A DNA stretch of 64,000 nt from Nitrosopumilus sp. (GCA_965224195.1 OZ245040.1:1216001-1280000), one strand, 5' to 3'; shown: positions 20,419-30,860, numbered from the stretch's first letter. Notes: generated by a model from the letters alone, not told the origin. Made by a program: numbers and translations.

Positions 20419-22302
20419 TTATTTGTTTTGTTGCCCGTATGCGCCAACTCCAAATATGTATCCGTCATAGGTTACCACCCATGATGACTTTGACTCTGTA
20501 TTGTTTGTGACAGGATTTGTCCACATGTACTGCACCCATGCTCCGTTTTCTGTGGACGCATCAAGTATTGCCTCGCCTACGTTTGTGCCAGTGTCGTCTT
20601 TAAGAGTTGTAATGTCAACACCGATCATTGAATCATCTGCACCATGAAATACGATCATTTTATCCTTGATTACAAACAGGTATGTCTCGGCCTTTGAAAA
20701 TTCTTTAATATTAAGATCTTTTATTTTGACTTTATTTTTATGCTGTTCTATTGCATCTGCAACCATCTTTTGAGCACGTAGCTGGCTCTCGTGGTATCTG
20801 TCAAATAAAATCCATTCTTGATCTTTTATCTTGTAAATGTCAAATGTGTCCTGCATTCTGTCTCCAGACTCGTCTAGTTTGAACTCCCCTGTGGCCCCAC
20901 TATACTGTGCCACAACACCTGGTATCATATCTGCAATCTTTGCAGTGTCGCCGTCTGCCATCTTGGCTGCAATTCCTATTATCTGTATTGCGTCATATGC
21001 AGGATACGCGTATGAGATTGCCTCTACCTTGACCATCTCTTTTATGTGATCTTTGACCCTGTCGTATGTGGGATTTTCAATATAATACGTGTGTGGGGAT
21101 GTAAACTTTACACCGTTGACAATCTCTGACATGTCATCCGTTACCATTGTATCGCTTTGTGAGTTGACATCTGTTCCATACCATCTTGTAGACTCCCAGT
21201 TGGGCATTTCTCCAAACTCTTTGAGTATCTCTGATGTCTCATCAAAACCTATCATCATTACCCCGATGTCTTTTTCTGACTCTATCTTTTCTACTGCATC
21301 TGATATCAGATTTGCAATAACTTTGGCGTCATGGTCATCAGGTTTGTATGATATGGTATCTGCTATCTCTATACCGTCAAAATTGGTTGCAGTCTCTTTG
21401 TTAAAGTCATTACCCCATGTGTCGTCTCTATGAACATTAATCACAGCATCTATGCCGTCGGCTCGCATCAGTTCTGCAATGACTTCTACTTGCTGCCCGT
21501 CAGTGGATCTCATTCTGAATACAGAGTCATCTTTTACAAGTGATGGCGCAGTGGAACAACACGATACTATGGTCATGTCGTTTTCTTTTGCATACTCTAT
21601 TATAGCTGCCAGTTCCATACTGCTTGACGGACCTGATACGGCCTTTATGTCATTTTTATTAAACTCTTTTACTGCTTCAAGTGCCTTGGTGGCATTAGTC
21701 GCCGTGTCTATTGCCATCAACTCTATTGAAAATACTCCCTTGTTCTTTGCATTAAATTCATTTATGCTCAAATTACTGGCTGCCATCAACTGGTCTCCCT
21801 GGGATCTCAAATCACCTTCCTTTGTATACATGAGACCTATCTTGAATTTCTTAATCTCCTCCGTTTCATTTGTTTTTAATTCTTTTATTGTCTCTTTTTC
21901 CAGCACTTCTGTGTATGTCGTTTTGTCATGCATACACTGTCTTGGCATGGATTCCATTGGTGAATTACCTGCAGCCAGACACTGGACAAAATTCTCTACT
22001 CTAAACTCTGCCCATCCTCGCTTGTTTATCAACTCACTCACTGATGTGGATTTTATGCAGACTGGCGTGCCATCTGCCACCTTAAATGCCCTGACTAGTT
22101 GTTTGGGGCATGCGGTATCTGATTTGACATCTTCTTTGTTTGCTGTGTATGATACTTTGTCCTTGTTGTACTCGTCAGTTTTTTGAGATTCCTTCATGAC
22201 TGGGTGCTCTTTTACTGCCATAGGATCCACCATAGCCCATGCTGTACCAACTAGAGACATTAAAACAATTACTGATACTGATATCGTAAATAAATTCATC
22301 AA
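20419..22302 (-). CDS. Secreted branched-chain amino acid-type (LivJ/K-like) substrate-binding protein with C-terminal single Cache domain
   Basis: Signal peptide; GPSSS, VSCCSTAPSL, FRMRSTD, YAYPAYDA, GATG..LDESGDR; Cache-like YLFV..FHG..GAWVQYMWTNP..KSSWV..GVGAY. Confidence 0.85.
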   Translation of the reverse strand: MMNLFTISVSVIVLMSLVGTAWAMVDPMAVKEHPVMKESQKTDEYNKDKVSYTANKEDVKSDTACPKQLVRAFKVADGTPVCIKSTSVSELINKRGWAEFRVENFVQCLAAGNSPMESMPRQCMHDKTTYTEVLEKETIKELKTNETEEIKKFKIGLMYTKEGDLRSQGDQLMAASNLSINEFNAKNKGVFSIELMAIDTATNATKALEAVKEFNKNDIKAVSGPSSSMELAAIIEYAKENDMTIVSCCSTAPSLVKDDSVFRMRSTDGQQVEVIAELMRADGIDAVINVHRDDTWGNDFNKETATNFDGIEIADTISYKPDDHDAKVIANLISDAVEKIESEKDIGVMMIGFDETSEILKEFGEMPNWESTRWYGTDVNSQSDTMVTDDMSEIVNGVKFTSPHTYYIENPTYDRVKDHIKEMVKVEAISYAYPAYDAIQIIGIAAKMADGDTAKIADMIPGVVAQYSGATGEFKLDESGDRMQDTFDIYKIKDQEWILFDRYHESQLRAQKMVADAIEQHKNKVKIKDLNIKEFSKAETYLFVIKDKMIVFHGADDSMIGVDITTLKDDTGTNVGEAILDASTENGAWVQYMWTNPVTNNTESKSSWVVTYDGYIFGVGAYGQQNK

Positions 22303-22801
22303 GTGTTCTACAATATTTACCCGTTTATTACTTTTACTTTTCTAAGAAACTGGTAAGTTTACGGTAGATAATTCTTCTTGGAAAGTGTCGGTAGATGGTT
22401 TTATGAAGTTATAGTAAAACTGGCACTGTTAACTTTTAGGGATCTCTCCATATTGCTGTTAACTCGGGACATGTAAATTTTCTCCAAAATCTTACTAGGT
22501 GTTAACTTTGTGATTTGATATCCTGTTCAGAATAAACTATCATTGTTTGGAGTGTTAACTTTGTGATCTGGTAATTTGGACATGAACTAATAATGGTGTT
22601 TGGATAAGTATTCTAAGATCAGTTTCAGATCGAAATATTCCTAGTCGGAAAGGTTATTCAACACACTAGTCTAACAATAGCTAGTCAAAAGTATCTGCCG
22701 TGGGGATCTGCCATTAATGATGAGCTGCACATGTTTCTTATCTTCTAACAGATCCTTGGTTATCAATGCAATTGCATGACGCAGTCTGATTGGCGTACGA
22801 T

Positions 22802-23477
22802 TCATTGGAAAACTGTCAGAACTGATTGTCCTTTTCTAGCCATAGTATCAATTGGCATTATTGAATGCAATGCTAGGTTTTCTGTATCATCTTTGACTAT
22901 CTTGCCATGCCTACAAGTTCTGCATCTAGGTTGTGTTCTGAGTCCCGTCTACCATTCTCCTAAATCCATTCTGATTTTGTGTCTCTTGCAAGGACACTGC
23001 CATCGCGTTACATCTTGGCAGGAACATCCCGTCCATTCACTACGTCATATTGTGTCTCTTGCAAGGACACTGCCATCGCGTTACATCTCTTGCATATCTC
23101 AAATGATCTTTCGGGTAATTTCATAGTACCTGATTTTCTACTTTGTGCAAATGTATGAAGTAAAGGTGTTCTACGTCTCCATCCACGTTTGTATTTGGAT
23201 ATAGTAAAACCAGTCCTCCAAAATTCGATTTATAATTTTGGTTATTTTGTGATCTACGGATGCCTTTGGTGAGATTATGATTTCCTTGCAATGATCAGGT
23301 GTTTTGATGTTTACAAATTTTATGTAGTCTTTAAGATGGAACAAAAATGCTTTCTCGTATAAAAACGCATCATTCAAAATATCTTCAAAGTTTTTAAATT
23401 GTTTTACATGTCCTGCAGTCACGGCAGGAGTAGTCTTAAAATTGGAATGTATTCTAATATAATTATAATGCATGATG
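22802..23477 (-). pseudogene. 3' part of IS6/IS1-like DDE transposase with Zn-finger extension, frameshifted
   Basis: HYNYIRIHSNFKTTPAVTAG; later CKRC..GFRRM..QPRCRTCR. Confidence 0.65.
22977..23088. repeat. 39-bp direct repeat x2 flanking a 34-bp unique insert
   Basis: ttgtgtctcttgcaaggacactgccatcgcgttacatct at 22977-23015 and 23050-23088. Confidence 0.95.
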
Positions 23478-24471
23478 GTACTCTGTCGAACAAATCATTT
23501 CTAACTAGTTTTTGATTTCATTCCCTCAAGCACCTGCAAACAGATTGTACAGCTCGACTTTTAATTTTAATTCCTTTGCCATGTATTTTCTTTTGTGAGC
23601 CATGACATACTCACCAAACATCCTTTTGAATGTTGAAAACACACACTCTACAATCCACCTGTCCCCATAGCTGACGCTGCGCTTCCACAAATCCAAATTA
23701 TACATTTGAGCCAAGACTGATTTCTTTCTCGGATAACATTTTGTTTTGAGAGATGATGTCTTTCTAACTTTGATTGCAGGCAGTGCATCTGTGTTGTGAT
23801 ATAGATATGAGAAGTTGTTTTCTGAATCATATGCGCCATCAGCTAGAACCTTGATTACATTTCCTTTCTGTGATGCCTGCTGTACCAGTTCTGGCAGATG
23901 TGCAGCATCATGGGATGAATCATCTGTTATTTTCAGTGAAACTATTTTCTTTGATTTGACATCGGCACCAACATGGATTTTTAGAAATCCTCTCCTCATG
24001 TGCCATTTCTGTCTCATCCATTCGCCCCTGTTTGCAACCTTGATTCCTGTGCTGTCAATTGCCAAAATGATTTCATTATTATCTCCAATGGAATCATCAG
24101 TTTTGATGTCAAGCTTGTTTATTCTCTTGTGGATTGATGTGAAATCAGGAACTGCTGGAACTCTATTACAATATGCACGTATCATTCCTTCTGTTTGTCT
24201 GAATGGTAATCCAAAATAGATTCTAGCATAACCCAATAATTTCATGAATGAATCAGGATAGTCAAACTTTCTACCTCTTTTGTTGTGATTCATGACCTCT
24301 AATTCTTTATGCCAGTTATCAATAGCATCAAATGACATTATGATCTCGCCTCTTCTGACTAGTTTTTCATTGTATTGATTCCAGTTAACCATGAGAATGG
24401 TCAGAATGTGAGATCCAAAGCTATTGTTATGAAATAAAGTTGATCAGATTGTTATTTGTTCGACAAAGTAC
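23478..24471 (-). mobile_element. Intact IS5-family (IS903-group-like) element; transposase 23526..24392
   Basis: 18-bp TIRs GTACT(C/T)TGTCGAACAAAT, flanking ATGATG duplication; NWNQYNEKLVRRG, IDSTG, ADGAYD, RWIVE. Confidence 0.95.
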
Positions 24472-24668
24472 ATGATGGTATAATATATCAAATTCCTTAT
24501 TCCTTCACCCCACTTCCACTCTGAAGAATTTCTAAGTGCATTCCTCTTTAGTGTTTTCCATGATCTTTCAATGTGGTTGTTATGGTTTGATCCAACAACA
24601 TATGCTGTGTCTTTTGTCTTTGATCTTATGCGTCTGTGCTCAACACTTTCATATTCAAAATTTTGCAT
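24472..24668 (-). pseudogene. Middle part of the same IS6/IS1-like transposase (5' end missing)
   Basis: NNHIERSWKTLK..YYTIM joins HYNYIR in frame once the IS is removed. Confidence 0.65.
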
Positions 24669-24673
24669 TATTG

Positions 24674-24970
24674 CTAATTGATTTGATAAAATTCCACGGG
24701 ATGGGTAAATTGCCTATAATGATCCACCTCTTTCCAAAATCTCTCTTCATCTATGTTTTTACCTTCATCAATCCAAACATTTAGAATTTTTTGCATAAAC
24801 ATTTGTGTACTATCGTCAATTTGAGGTCTAATTCCAGTTTCTTTTTCAATTCTATCTCGCTCTTCTTTGAATTTTTTTAGTAATTCTTTGAGTTGCTTTC
24901 CATTTATCTGAGATGCTTTTTCTCTTTTGGCTGACTGAATATCTTTTTTAAAATTTGATAAAAATCCCAT
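24674..24970 (-). CDS. Conserved hypothetical protein
   Basis: 98-aa ORF with ATG start. Confidence 0.65.
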   Translation of the reverse strand: MGFLSNFKKDIQSAKREKASQINGKQLKELLKKFKEERDRIEKETGIRPQIDDSTQMFMQKILNVWIDEGKNIDEERFWKEVDHYRQFTHPVEFYQIN

Positions 24971-25104
24971 GTAAAATTTTGCTAATTCTATGATTAAAGG
25001 GTTACAAACACTATGATGAATGCAACTGCCACTATTACTATTGATATTTTCATAAATGACGACATAATCTTAATTCAATTATAATATAATCCTGGTTTTA
25101 AATA

Positions 25105-25230
25105 TTATATTTTTGGAAGATTACCTGTTTTATCTAAATTTGATTTACACACTTTACAGTAAAGTCTTATTTCTTTTGATGGGAATTCAGTATTGCAGTT
25201 TTTACAAATAAAGAATTTCTCTTCATCCAT
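25105..25230 (-). CDS. 41-aa zinc-ribbon microprotein
   Basis: MDEEKFFICKNCNTEFPSKEIRLYCKVCKSNLDK; below ORF-track cutoff. Confidence 0.5.
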   Translation of the reverse strand: MDEEKFFICKNCNTEFPSKEIRLYCKVCKSNLDKTGNLPKI

Positions 25231-25276
25231 ATTTTTATTCATGATGTGGTGAACTTAAGAGTATTGATGAGAGATC

Positions 25277-25585
25277 TTATCTAGCAGGTCTTTTAAAACC
25301 TGGTTTGATTATACAATTGTCTGCTGAAGATTTCTGAGGTTTTTTATCAGACATATTGTTTTTAGATTTTACTTCATTTAGATTTTCTTCAATCTTGTAA
25401 ACTTTATCAAGTTTTTTTGGTGTTTCAATATTTTTTGCAGGAATAATGTTTGTTGGTGAAATTTTCTTCTTATTCCTATTTCTTGGTTTTTCTGTGTTTG
25501 TGGGTTTTTTATGTGTCCACGTAATATTTTTAACATTTGCAGATGATGATTTTTCTTTATTATAATCTCCTAATGATTTAACCAT
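25277..25585 (-). CDS. Lys-rich hypothetical protein
   Basis: ORF only. Confidence 0.5.
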   Translation of the reverse strand: MVKSLGDYNKEKSSSANVKNITWTHKKPTNTEKPRNRNKKKISPTNIIPAKNIETPKKLDKVYKIEENLNEVKSKNNMSDKKPQKSSADNCIIKPGFKRPAR

Positions 25586-25622
25586 AATTTACAATCTATA
25601 TTCAAGACATAAAAATTTTGAT

Positions 25623-25811
25623 TTATTTTCTACTTTCATTTACTTGGTTGATTACTGATTGCATGCAGTCATGACAAATTACTGAATCTCCATTCATTTT
25701 ACGAATATTTTCATGGTTTTGCAATTCAGAATCATATGTTGCTGCAATAATTATCTTATTACTCCACACTTCAAAATCTTCTTTCTTTTTTCTACAGACT
25801 ATGCATTCCAT
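25623..25811 (-). CDS. Small Cys-containing hypothetical protein
   Basis: MECIVCRKK..ICHDC; ATG at 25811 preferred. Confidence 0.6.
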   Translation of the reverse strand: MECIVCRKKKEDFEVWSNKIIIAATYDSELQNHENIRKMNGDSVICHDCMQSVINQVNESRK

Positions 25812-25934
25812 GAATTTTAGAAATTTTATGTCAACATAAGCATGTTTATCTCTAACAGAATGGCTAAAATTCAAATTTATTTTTGAACTTAATCTTATTG
25901 GAATCTAAATAAATGGGTCTAACGCATCTAATTT

Positions 25935-26987
25935 ATGAAAAAGGTCTTTGTGAATGGATATGGTTCCATTGGAAGTAGAATTGCTTCCTTCCTAAAAGAT
26001 GATCCAGAAATTTTAGTTATAGGAATTGGAAAATATTCTCCAGATAATAAAGTGGACGAAGCAATATCTAAAGGACTTGATGTTTATGTTCCTGAATCAA
26101 AATTAGACTATTTTTCAAATTATAAAATTTCAGGCTCTATTGAATCTGCATTGGATCAATCAGATTTAGTTATTGATGCCGCACCAGGTGGACATGGTTA
26201 TAAAAATAAAAAAAATCTTTATGAACCAAAAAATATCCCTGCCATTTACCAGGGGGGTGAATCTACAATCGGCACTGAGGCAGTATCTGAATTATTATTT
26301 AATTCTAGAGTAAATTATGATCAAGCATTAGGAAAACATCATGTTATGCAAGGAAGCTGTAATGTTACTGGTATGGGAAAGATTTTAGAGCCATTACGAA
26401 ACAAATTTGGTGATCAATTAGTTCGATTTGATGTTACTCTAGTAAGACGATGGGCAGATATTGAACAAACTGAAAAAAAATTATCTGATACAATAGAAAT
26501 GACTGAAAAACCACACCATGGTGATGATGTTAAACTTTATTTTGGAAAAGATGCACCATTATACGTTCGCGCAATCAAAGTTCCTACTAGACAAATGCAC
26601 TTACACATCATGGACATTAGATTCAAAGATACTGCACCAAAACCTTCTGAAATTCATGATGTATTTACAAATGAATTTGGTGTTGCAACACTTTGGACTG
26701 CAAAAGGGACTAAGGATGTTAGAGATTATGCTCAAAATATGGGCTTTAACTTTACTGATACCAACATGATCCACATTCATGCAAATATGACCACATCCAT
26801 TGGAGATACTGTACAGATGATGTATTCTGATGATCAAACTGGGATTGTAATTCCAGAAAATCACATGTTAATGCAATCTATGCTTTTTGAAAAATCTTAC
26901 AAAGAAGCATTTACCCACACTGAATCCATATTCCACATGATGGAGAAAAAACAAAAACTACAGGAACAGTTTGCTAAAAATAACTAA
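25935..26987 (+). CDS. gap: Archaeal type II glyceraldehyde-3-phosphate dehydrogenase
   Basis: VNGYGSIGSR, YQGGE, GSCNVTG, RRWAD, VIPEN. Confidence 0.93.
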   Translation: MKKVFVNGYGSIGSRIASFLKDDPEILVIGIGKYSPDNKVDEAISKGLDVYVPESKLDYFSNYKISGSIESALDQSDLVIDAAPGGHGYKNKKNLYEPKNIPAIYQGGESTIGTEAVSELLFNSRVNYDQALGKHHVMQGSCNVTGMGKILEPLRNKFGDQLVRFDVTLVRRWADIEQTEKKLSDTIEMTEKPHHGDDVKLYFGKDAPLYVRAIKVPTRQMHLHIMDIRFKDTAPKPSEIHDVFTNEFGVATLWTAKGTKDVRDYAQNMGFNFTDTNMIHIHANMTTSIGDTVQMMYSDDQTGIVIPENHMLMQSMLFEKSYKEAFTHTESIFHMMEKKQKLQEQFAKNN

Positions 26988-28237
26988 GTTTTAATTTTCT
27001 CAATTCTGATTTTTTTAGGTATATTTTTTGAAACTTTTTCTACAATAATTCTTAGTTCATCTATCTCTACTTTATCCCCTTCTTGTGGGATGTCTTGCAA
27101 TCTTTCATGTAATAGTCCATTAAGTGATGCATAGTCGTCACCTTCTGGAACTTTGGTTTTAAAGATTTCATTAATTTTATCAATTTCAATATCCCCATTT
27201 GTAACAATTGTATCTTGATCAATTCTTTCAAAACCTGCTTGTCTGGTCAAGTCTGTTTCATCTTCAATTTCTCCAACTATTTCTTCTAGAAGATCTTCTA
27301 ACGTGACTAACCCTTCTACACCGCCGTGTTCATCAACTACAATAGCCATGTGTGTCTTTCGACCTTTCATTTCTTTTAACAATTCACTTACCATTTTTTC
27401 TTGAGATGCAAATACTGGTTCTCTTGCAATTTTTTCAAGACTAGTCATTTTATTATCTTTTTCTAGTTCTTTGAGGACATCCCTTACATGAATAAATCCA
27501 ACAATATCGTCACTGGTATCTCCATAAATTGGAATTCTTGAATGTCCCATTTGATTAATCTGAGGTAGTGCTTCAAAAAGCAACGTTTTAGAATTTAATG
27601 TAAACATCTTTGTTCGAGGTGTCATTACTGAACGAATTACTGTGTCATCAAATTTTAAAGCACCATGAACTAATTCCATTTCATCTTTTTCTAATGCTTT
27701 TTCTTCCAATCCTTGATCAATCACTCCTTTGATTTCTTCTTCTGTGATTGGTGGTGGTGTGGAGCTACTCCCAGTCATTTTTACCACTCCTCTCGTAATT
27801 ATTTCAAAAAATTTCACTATTGGATAGAATACATAACTAAATGCAAGTAGTACTGGTGCATACCTTAATGCAATTTTTGTTGAATTTGCATTACAATATG
27901 TTTTTGGAGTTATCTCTCCGAATACTAGAATTAAAAAGGTCATTATTCCAACAGCAATTCCTAATCCATCATCTCCAAATAATCTAATTGCTAGACTTGT
28001 TGCAAGAGCTGATGCTCCTACGTTTACAAGATTATTTCCAAGATTTACACTAGACATCATCCAGCTAGGATTCATTTTTAATTTGTGAAGAGCTTTTGAA
28101 CCTTTTTTACCTTCATTAAATAATTGAACAACTTTGGATTTTCTTACACCTACAAGTGCTACTTCCAACCCACTGAAAAATCCAGATAATCCAATGAGAA
28201 CAGATAGAGTTACGATTTCTACCCATAAATCTACCAT
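26984..28237 (-). CDS. CNNM/hemolysin-family (DUF21-CBS-CorC) transporter
   Basis: FFSGLEVAL, FGEITPKT, VMTPR, HSRIPIY, VDEHGG..TLEDLLEEIVGEIEDE. Confidence 0.93.
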   Translation of the reverse strand: MVDLWVEIVTLSVLIGLSGFFSGLEVALVGVRKSKVVQLFNEGKKGSKALHKLKMNPSWMMSSVNLGNNLVNVGASALATSLAIRLFGDDGLGIAVGIMTFLILVFGEITPKTYCNANSTKIALRYAPVLLAFSYVFYPIVKFFEIITRGVVKMTGSSSTPPPITEEEIKGVIDQGLEEKALEKDEMELVHGALKFDDTVIRSVMTPRTKMFTLNSKTLLFEALPQINQMGHSRIPIYGDTSDDIVGFIHVRDVLKELEKDNKMTSLEKIAREPVFASQEKMVSELLKEMKGRKTHMAIVVDEHGGVEGLVTLEDLLEEIVGEIEDETDLTRQAGFERIDQDTIVTNGDIEIDKINEIFKTKVPEGDDYASLNGLLHERLQDIPQEGDKVEIDELRIIVEKVSKNIPKKIRIEKIKT

Positions 28238-28372
28238 GATATTCTCCTTGGAAATTTCTTAGAACAATTATAATAATTACACATTTAGTTTTTTTGCACC
28301 ATCTTTGGCTGTAGTTTATTTGTAAAACATGGATTTAACTCTTAAGATAAAAATTCCTGAGCCTAATTAAGG

Positions 28373-29710
28373 CTAATTTTTAGGAGGAATTGCAAATTTG
28401 TTCTCAGAATTTCTATGATAGTCTACCGGGATCATGGCATCTTTTTGTCTACCTGTAAGTATGCCAACAACAACATCGTCTTTTTTGATTGTTCCTTCAT
28501 TGATTAGTTTCTTAATTCCGACTACTGTTGCACCTGAAGCCATTTCACAATCAAACCCATTTAGACCAACTACAGACATTCCATCTAACATTTCAGAATC
28601 CGAAACAGTTGTTGCAACACCATTTGTAAATTCTAATGCCCGTAAGCCTTTCAAAATATTTGCAGGTCTACCAATTTGTATTGCAGTAGCTTTTGTTTTA
28701 GGTCTTAGTCCTTCTTTATCTAAATGATCATAATATCTTGAAATTAATTCTGTATTTGGATTACCATCATTCCATCTTAATTCTTTATTTTCAAATTTAC
28801 CGTTGTACAAATCAGATAATGTACTTGCACCTTCAGAATTTATCACTGCAATTCTTGGAATTTTTTTAATCCATCCCCATTCATGTAATTCCATTAATGC
28901 TTTACCGCAACTTGAAATGTTTCCAAGGGCTCCTCCTGGATATACTAACCAATCAGGTGTTTCCCAGTTCAAATATTCTAAAGCTCTGATTGGAATTGTT
29001 TTTTGACCTTCAATTCTAAATGGATTAACTGAATTAACTGTATACCCGTCATGATTTTGCGCATCATCTAATGATTGTTTTAATGCATCATCAAAATTAC
29101 CATCCACTTCTACAATCTGTGCCCCAAATTGGTATGCTTGACTAAGTTTTCCCGGAGCTATTTGACCTGCAGGGATATACACATCACAGTTTATTCCTTC
29201 ATTTGCTGCAAACATTCCAGCTGATGCAGATGTGTTTCCAGTTGACGCACAAACAATTTTTTTGGCACCTATCATTTTTGCATGTGTTACCGCAGCTGCC
29301 ATCCCGTTATCTTTGAATGAACCACTAGGATTGTATCCTTCAGGTTGTAGCCATAGATTTTCATTTGGAATTCCTATAAAATCGGCAGCTTTTGACATGT
29401 GATATGGTTTGGATTGTCTCCCTTCTGCTCCATCTAATGATACTAGGTATTTTGAACACTCCTCAACATTTTCAGTATCAATTTGACAAAAATTTAATAA
29501 TTCTCTAAATCTCCAAACCCCACTCTCGTTGAAAATACTTCCTTCAGAATTCCTTCTTTTGTAAAAAACTTCTTTTAGTTCTGGTGGTGGTTTGTTTTTG
29601 TATTTTACATCTAATAGGTGGCCTTTCTCACATTGAACAGATGTATGTTCAATTGGATATTCAATCCCACATTGTGGATTAATACATTTGAGATAGGCAT
29701 CTCCTTGCAT
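28373..29710 (-). CDS. thrC: Threonine synthase
   Basis: NPSGSFKD, CASTGNT, NSVNPFRIEGQKT. Confidence 0.93.
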   Translation of the reverse strand: MQGDAYLKCINPQCGIEYPIEHTSVQCEKGHLLDVKYKNKPPPELKEVFYKRRNSEGSIFNESGVWRFRELLNFCQIDTENVEECSKYLVSLDGAEGRQSKPYHMSKAADFIGIPNENLWLQPEGYNPSGSFKDNGMAAAVTHAKMIGAKKIVCASTGNTSASAGMFAANEGINCDVYIPAGQIAPGKLSQAYQFGAQIVEVDGNFDDALKQSLDDAQNHDGYTVNSVNPFRIEGQKTIPIRALEYLNWETPDWLVYPGGALGNISSCGKALMELHEWGWIKKIPRIAVINSEGASTLSDLYNGKFENKELRWNDGNPNTELISRYYDHLDKEGLRPKTKATAIQIGRPANILKGLRALEFTNGVATTVSDSEMLDGMSVVGLNGFDCEMASGATVVGIKKLINEGTIKKDDVVVGILTGRQKDAMIPVDYHRNSENKFAIPPKN

Positions 29711-29815
29711 AATAATTTTAGATAATTAATGATAATTTAAAGGAAATCTTGTAAAAATTGTTTGAGCTTAGCCATATTTGCTAAACTTTAGATTGGATGT
29801 ATATCCATTACAAAT

Positions 29816-30190
29816 GTGGTTACATATAATGAACATCTTAAGAAGATTCTTTCTCAAACTCTTGAATCATACAATACTCTTAGAGAAATTCAAGATAAGC
29901 CTGGTGATCTTGATAATATTAAGAAAGAAATGTTAAAAATTAACGGGTTTCTCAAGGTGGCAACTAACAATATCGATGAGTACAAAATTAGCCATTCTGA
30001 TTTTAAAACATTAAAATCTAAATTTAGTCATTATTTGGAAAATTATTTTTTTGAAAAAGAAATTGAAACCATGGCCCCATTATATTCAAATGATATACAT
30101 CGAGTAAAAAATATGAGATTAAAAATTATTGAAGCATTAGAAGATAAAAAAATGATTGATAGTATGGACGATTTGATAGAAAAGCTATGA
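29816..30190 (+). CDS. Conserved hypothetical protein
   Basis: 124-aa ORF. Confidence 0.65.
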   Translation: MVTYNEHLKKILSQTLESYNTLREIQDKPGDLDNIKKEMLKINGFLKVATNNIDEYKISHSDFKTLKSKFSHYLENYFFEKEIETMAPLYSNDIHRVKNMRLKIIEALEDKKMIDSMDDLIEKL

Positions 30191-30294
30191 CTAGTGAAAA
30201 GAAATGTATTCTATGTGGTTGTCGTGATCATAAACTTTTTGGATGTAATAGACACATGTCAAAAAAATGCAGTTGTTTTAAAAAGAATAATTAA
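30187..30294 (+). CDS. 35-aa Cys/His-rich microprotein
   Basis: MTSEKKCILCGCRDHKLFGCNRHMSKKCSCFKKNN; ATGA overlap with upstream stop. Confidence 0.5.
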   Translation: MTSEKKCILCGCRDHKLFGCNRHMSKKCSCFKKNN

Positions 30295-30296
30295 TT

Positions 30297-30413
30297 TTAT
30301 TTTCGTTTTGGTCCAGATCTTTCATGAAAATTCAAACAGCATTTACATTCTTTTTCACGACATTCTGCTTCACTATGATGACCGCAGATTCCACATTCAC
30401 AGCTATTTGACAT
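30297..30413 (-). CDS. 38-aa Cys/His-rich metallothionein-like microprotein
   Basis: MSNSCECGICGHHSEAECREKECKCCLNFHERSGPKRK. Confidence 0.55.
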   Translation of the reverse strand: MSNSCECGICGHHSEAECREKECKCCLNFHERSGPKRK

Positions 30414-30482
30414 GATATTGATTGTATGATTTAGAATATAATTTATCTACCAATTTTTTATGAGTTTAAGGTCAAAATGGGA

Positions 30483-30794
30483 CTATTTTTTTGATTTTGA
30501 TTTTTTTACAGGTTTATCTTCTAATTCTTTTTTAATTTCATCAGCTTTATGGTCTACGGCTTTAATGATTTCTTGAATAATTCCATCCAAATCACTATCT
30601 TCAGCTTCTGGCTCCATAGTACTTGCAATTTCTGTAATGGTATTAGAAATCTCAGAACTTACATCTTCAAAACTTTCAGGATCTTCATATGCTGCATTAT
30701 AGAGATCTTTTAGATTATTTACATGGCCGATTACTTGATCAGTTAATACAATTTTGTAATCAGTACCATTCACTTGGAATTCTTTAGAACTCAT
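30483..30794 (-). CDS. Conserved hypothetical protein
   Basis: 103-aa acidic ORF. Confidence 0.65.
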   Translation of the reverse strand: MSSKEFQVNGTDYKIVLTDQVIGHVNNLKDLYNAAYEDPESFEDVSSEISNTITEIASTMEPEAEDSDLDGIIQEIIKAVDHKADEIKKELEDKPVKKSKSKK

Positions 30795-30860
30795 ATTGCT
30801 TTTTCAATATCTTTTGTTTATAATGTTTTCAGCTAAATTATTCACATTGTGGATAGACAA

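Noticed and set aside
13037-22186. Many plus-strand ORFs over the cas and binding-protein genes (also 403..627, 8030..8968, 39228..39767)
   Set aside because: Antisense shadows of well-supported genes with no motifs of their own.
22776-23126. 116-aa plus-strand ORF with an internal repeat
   Set aside because: Opposite strand of the decayed transposase tail; the repeat is explained by event B.
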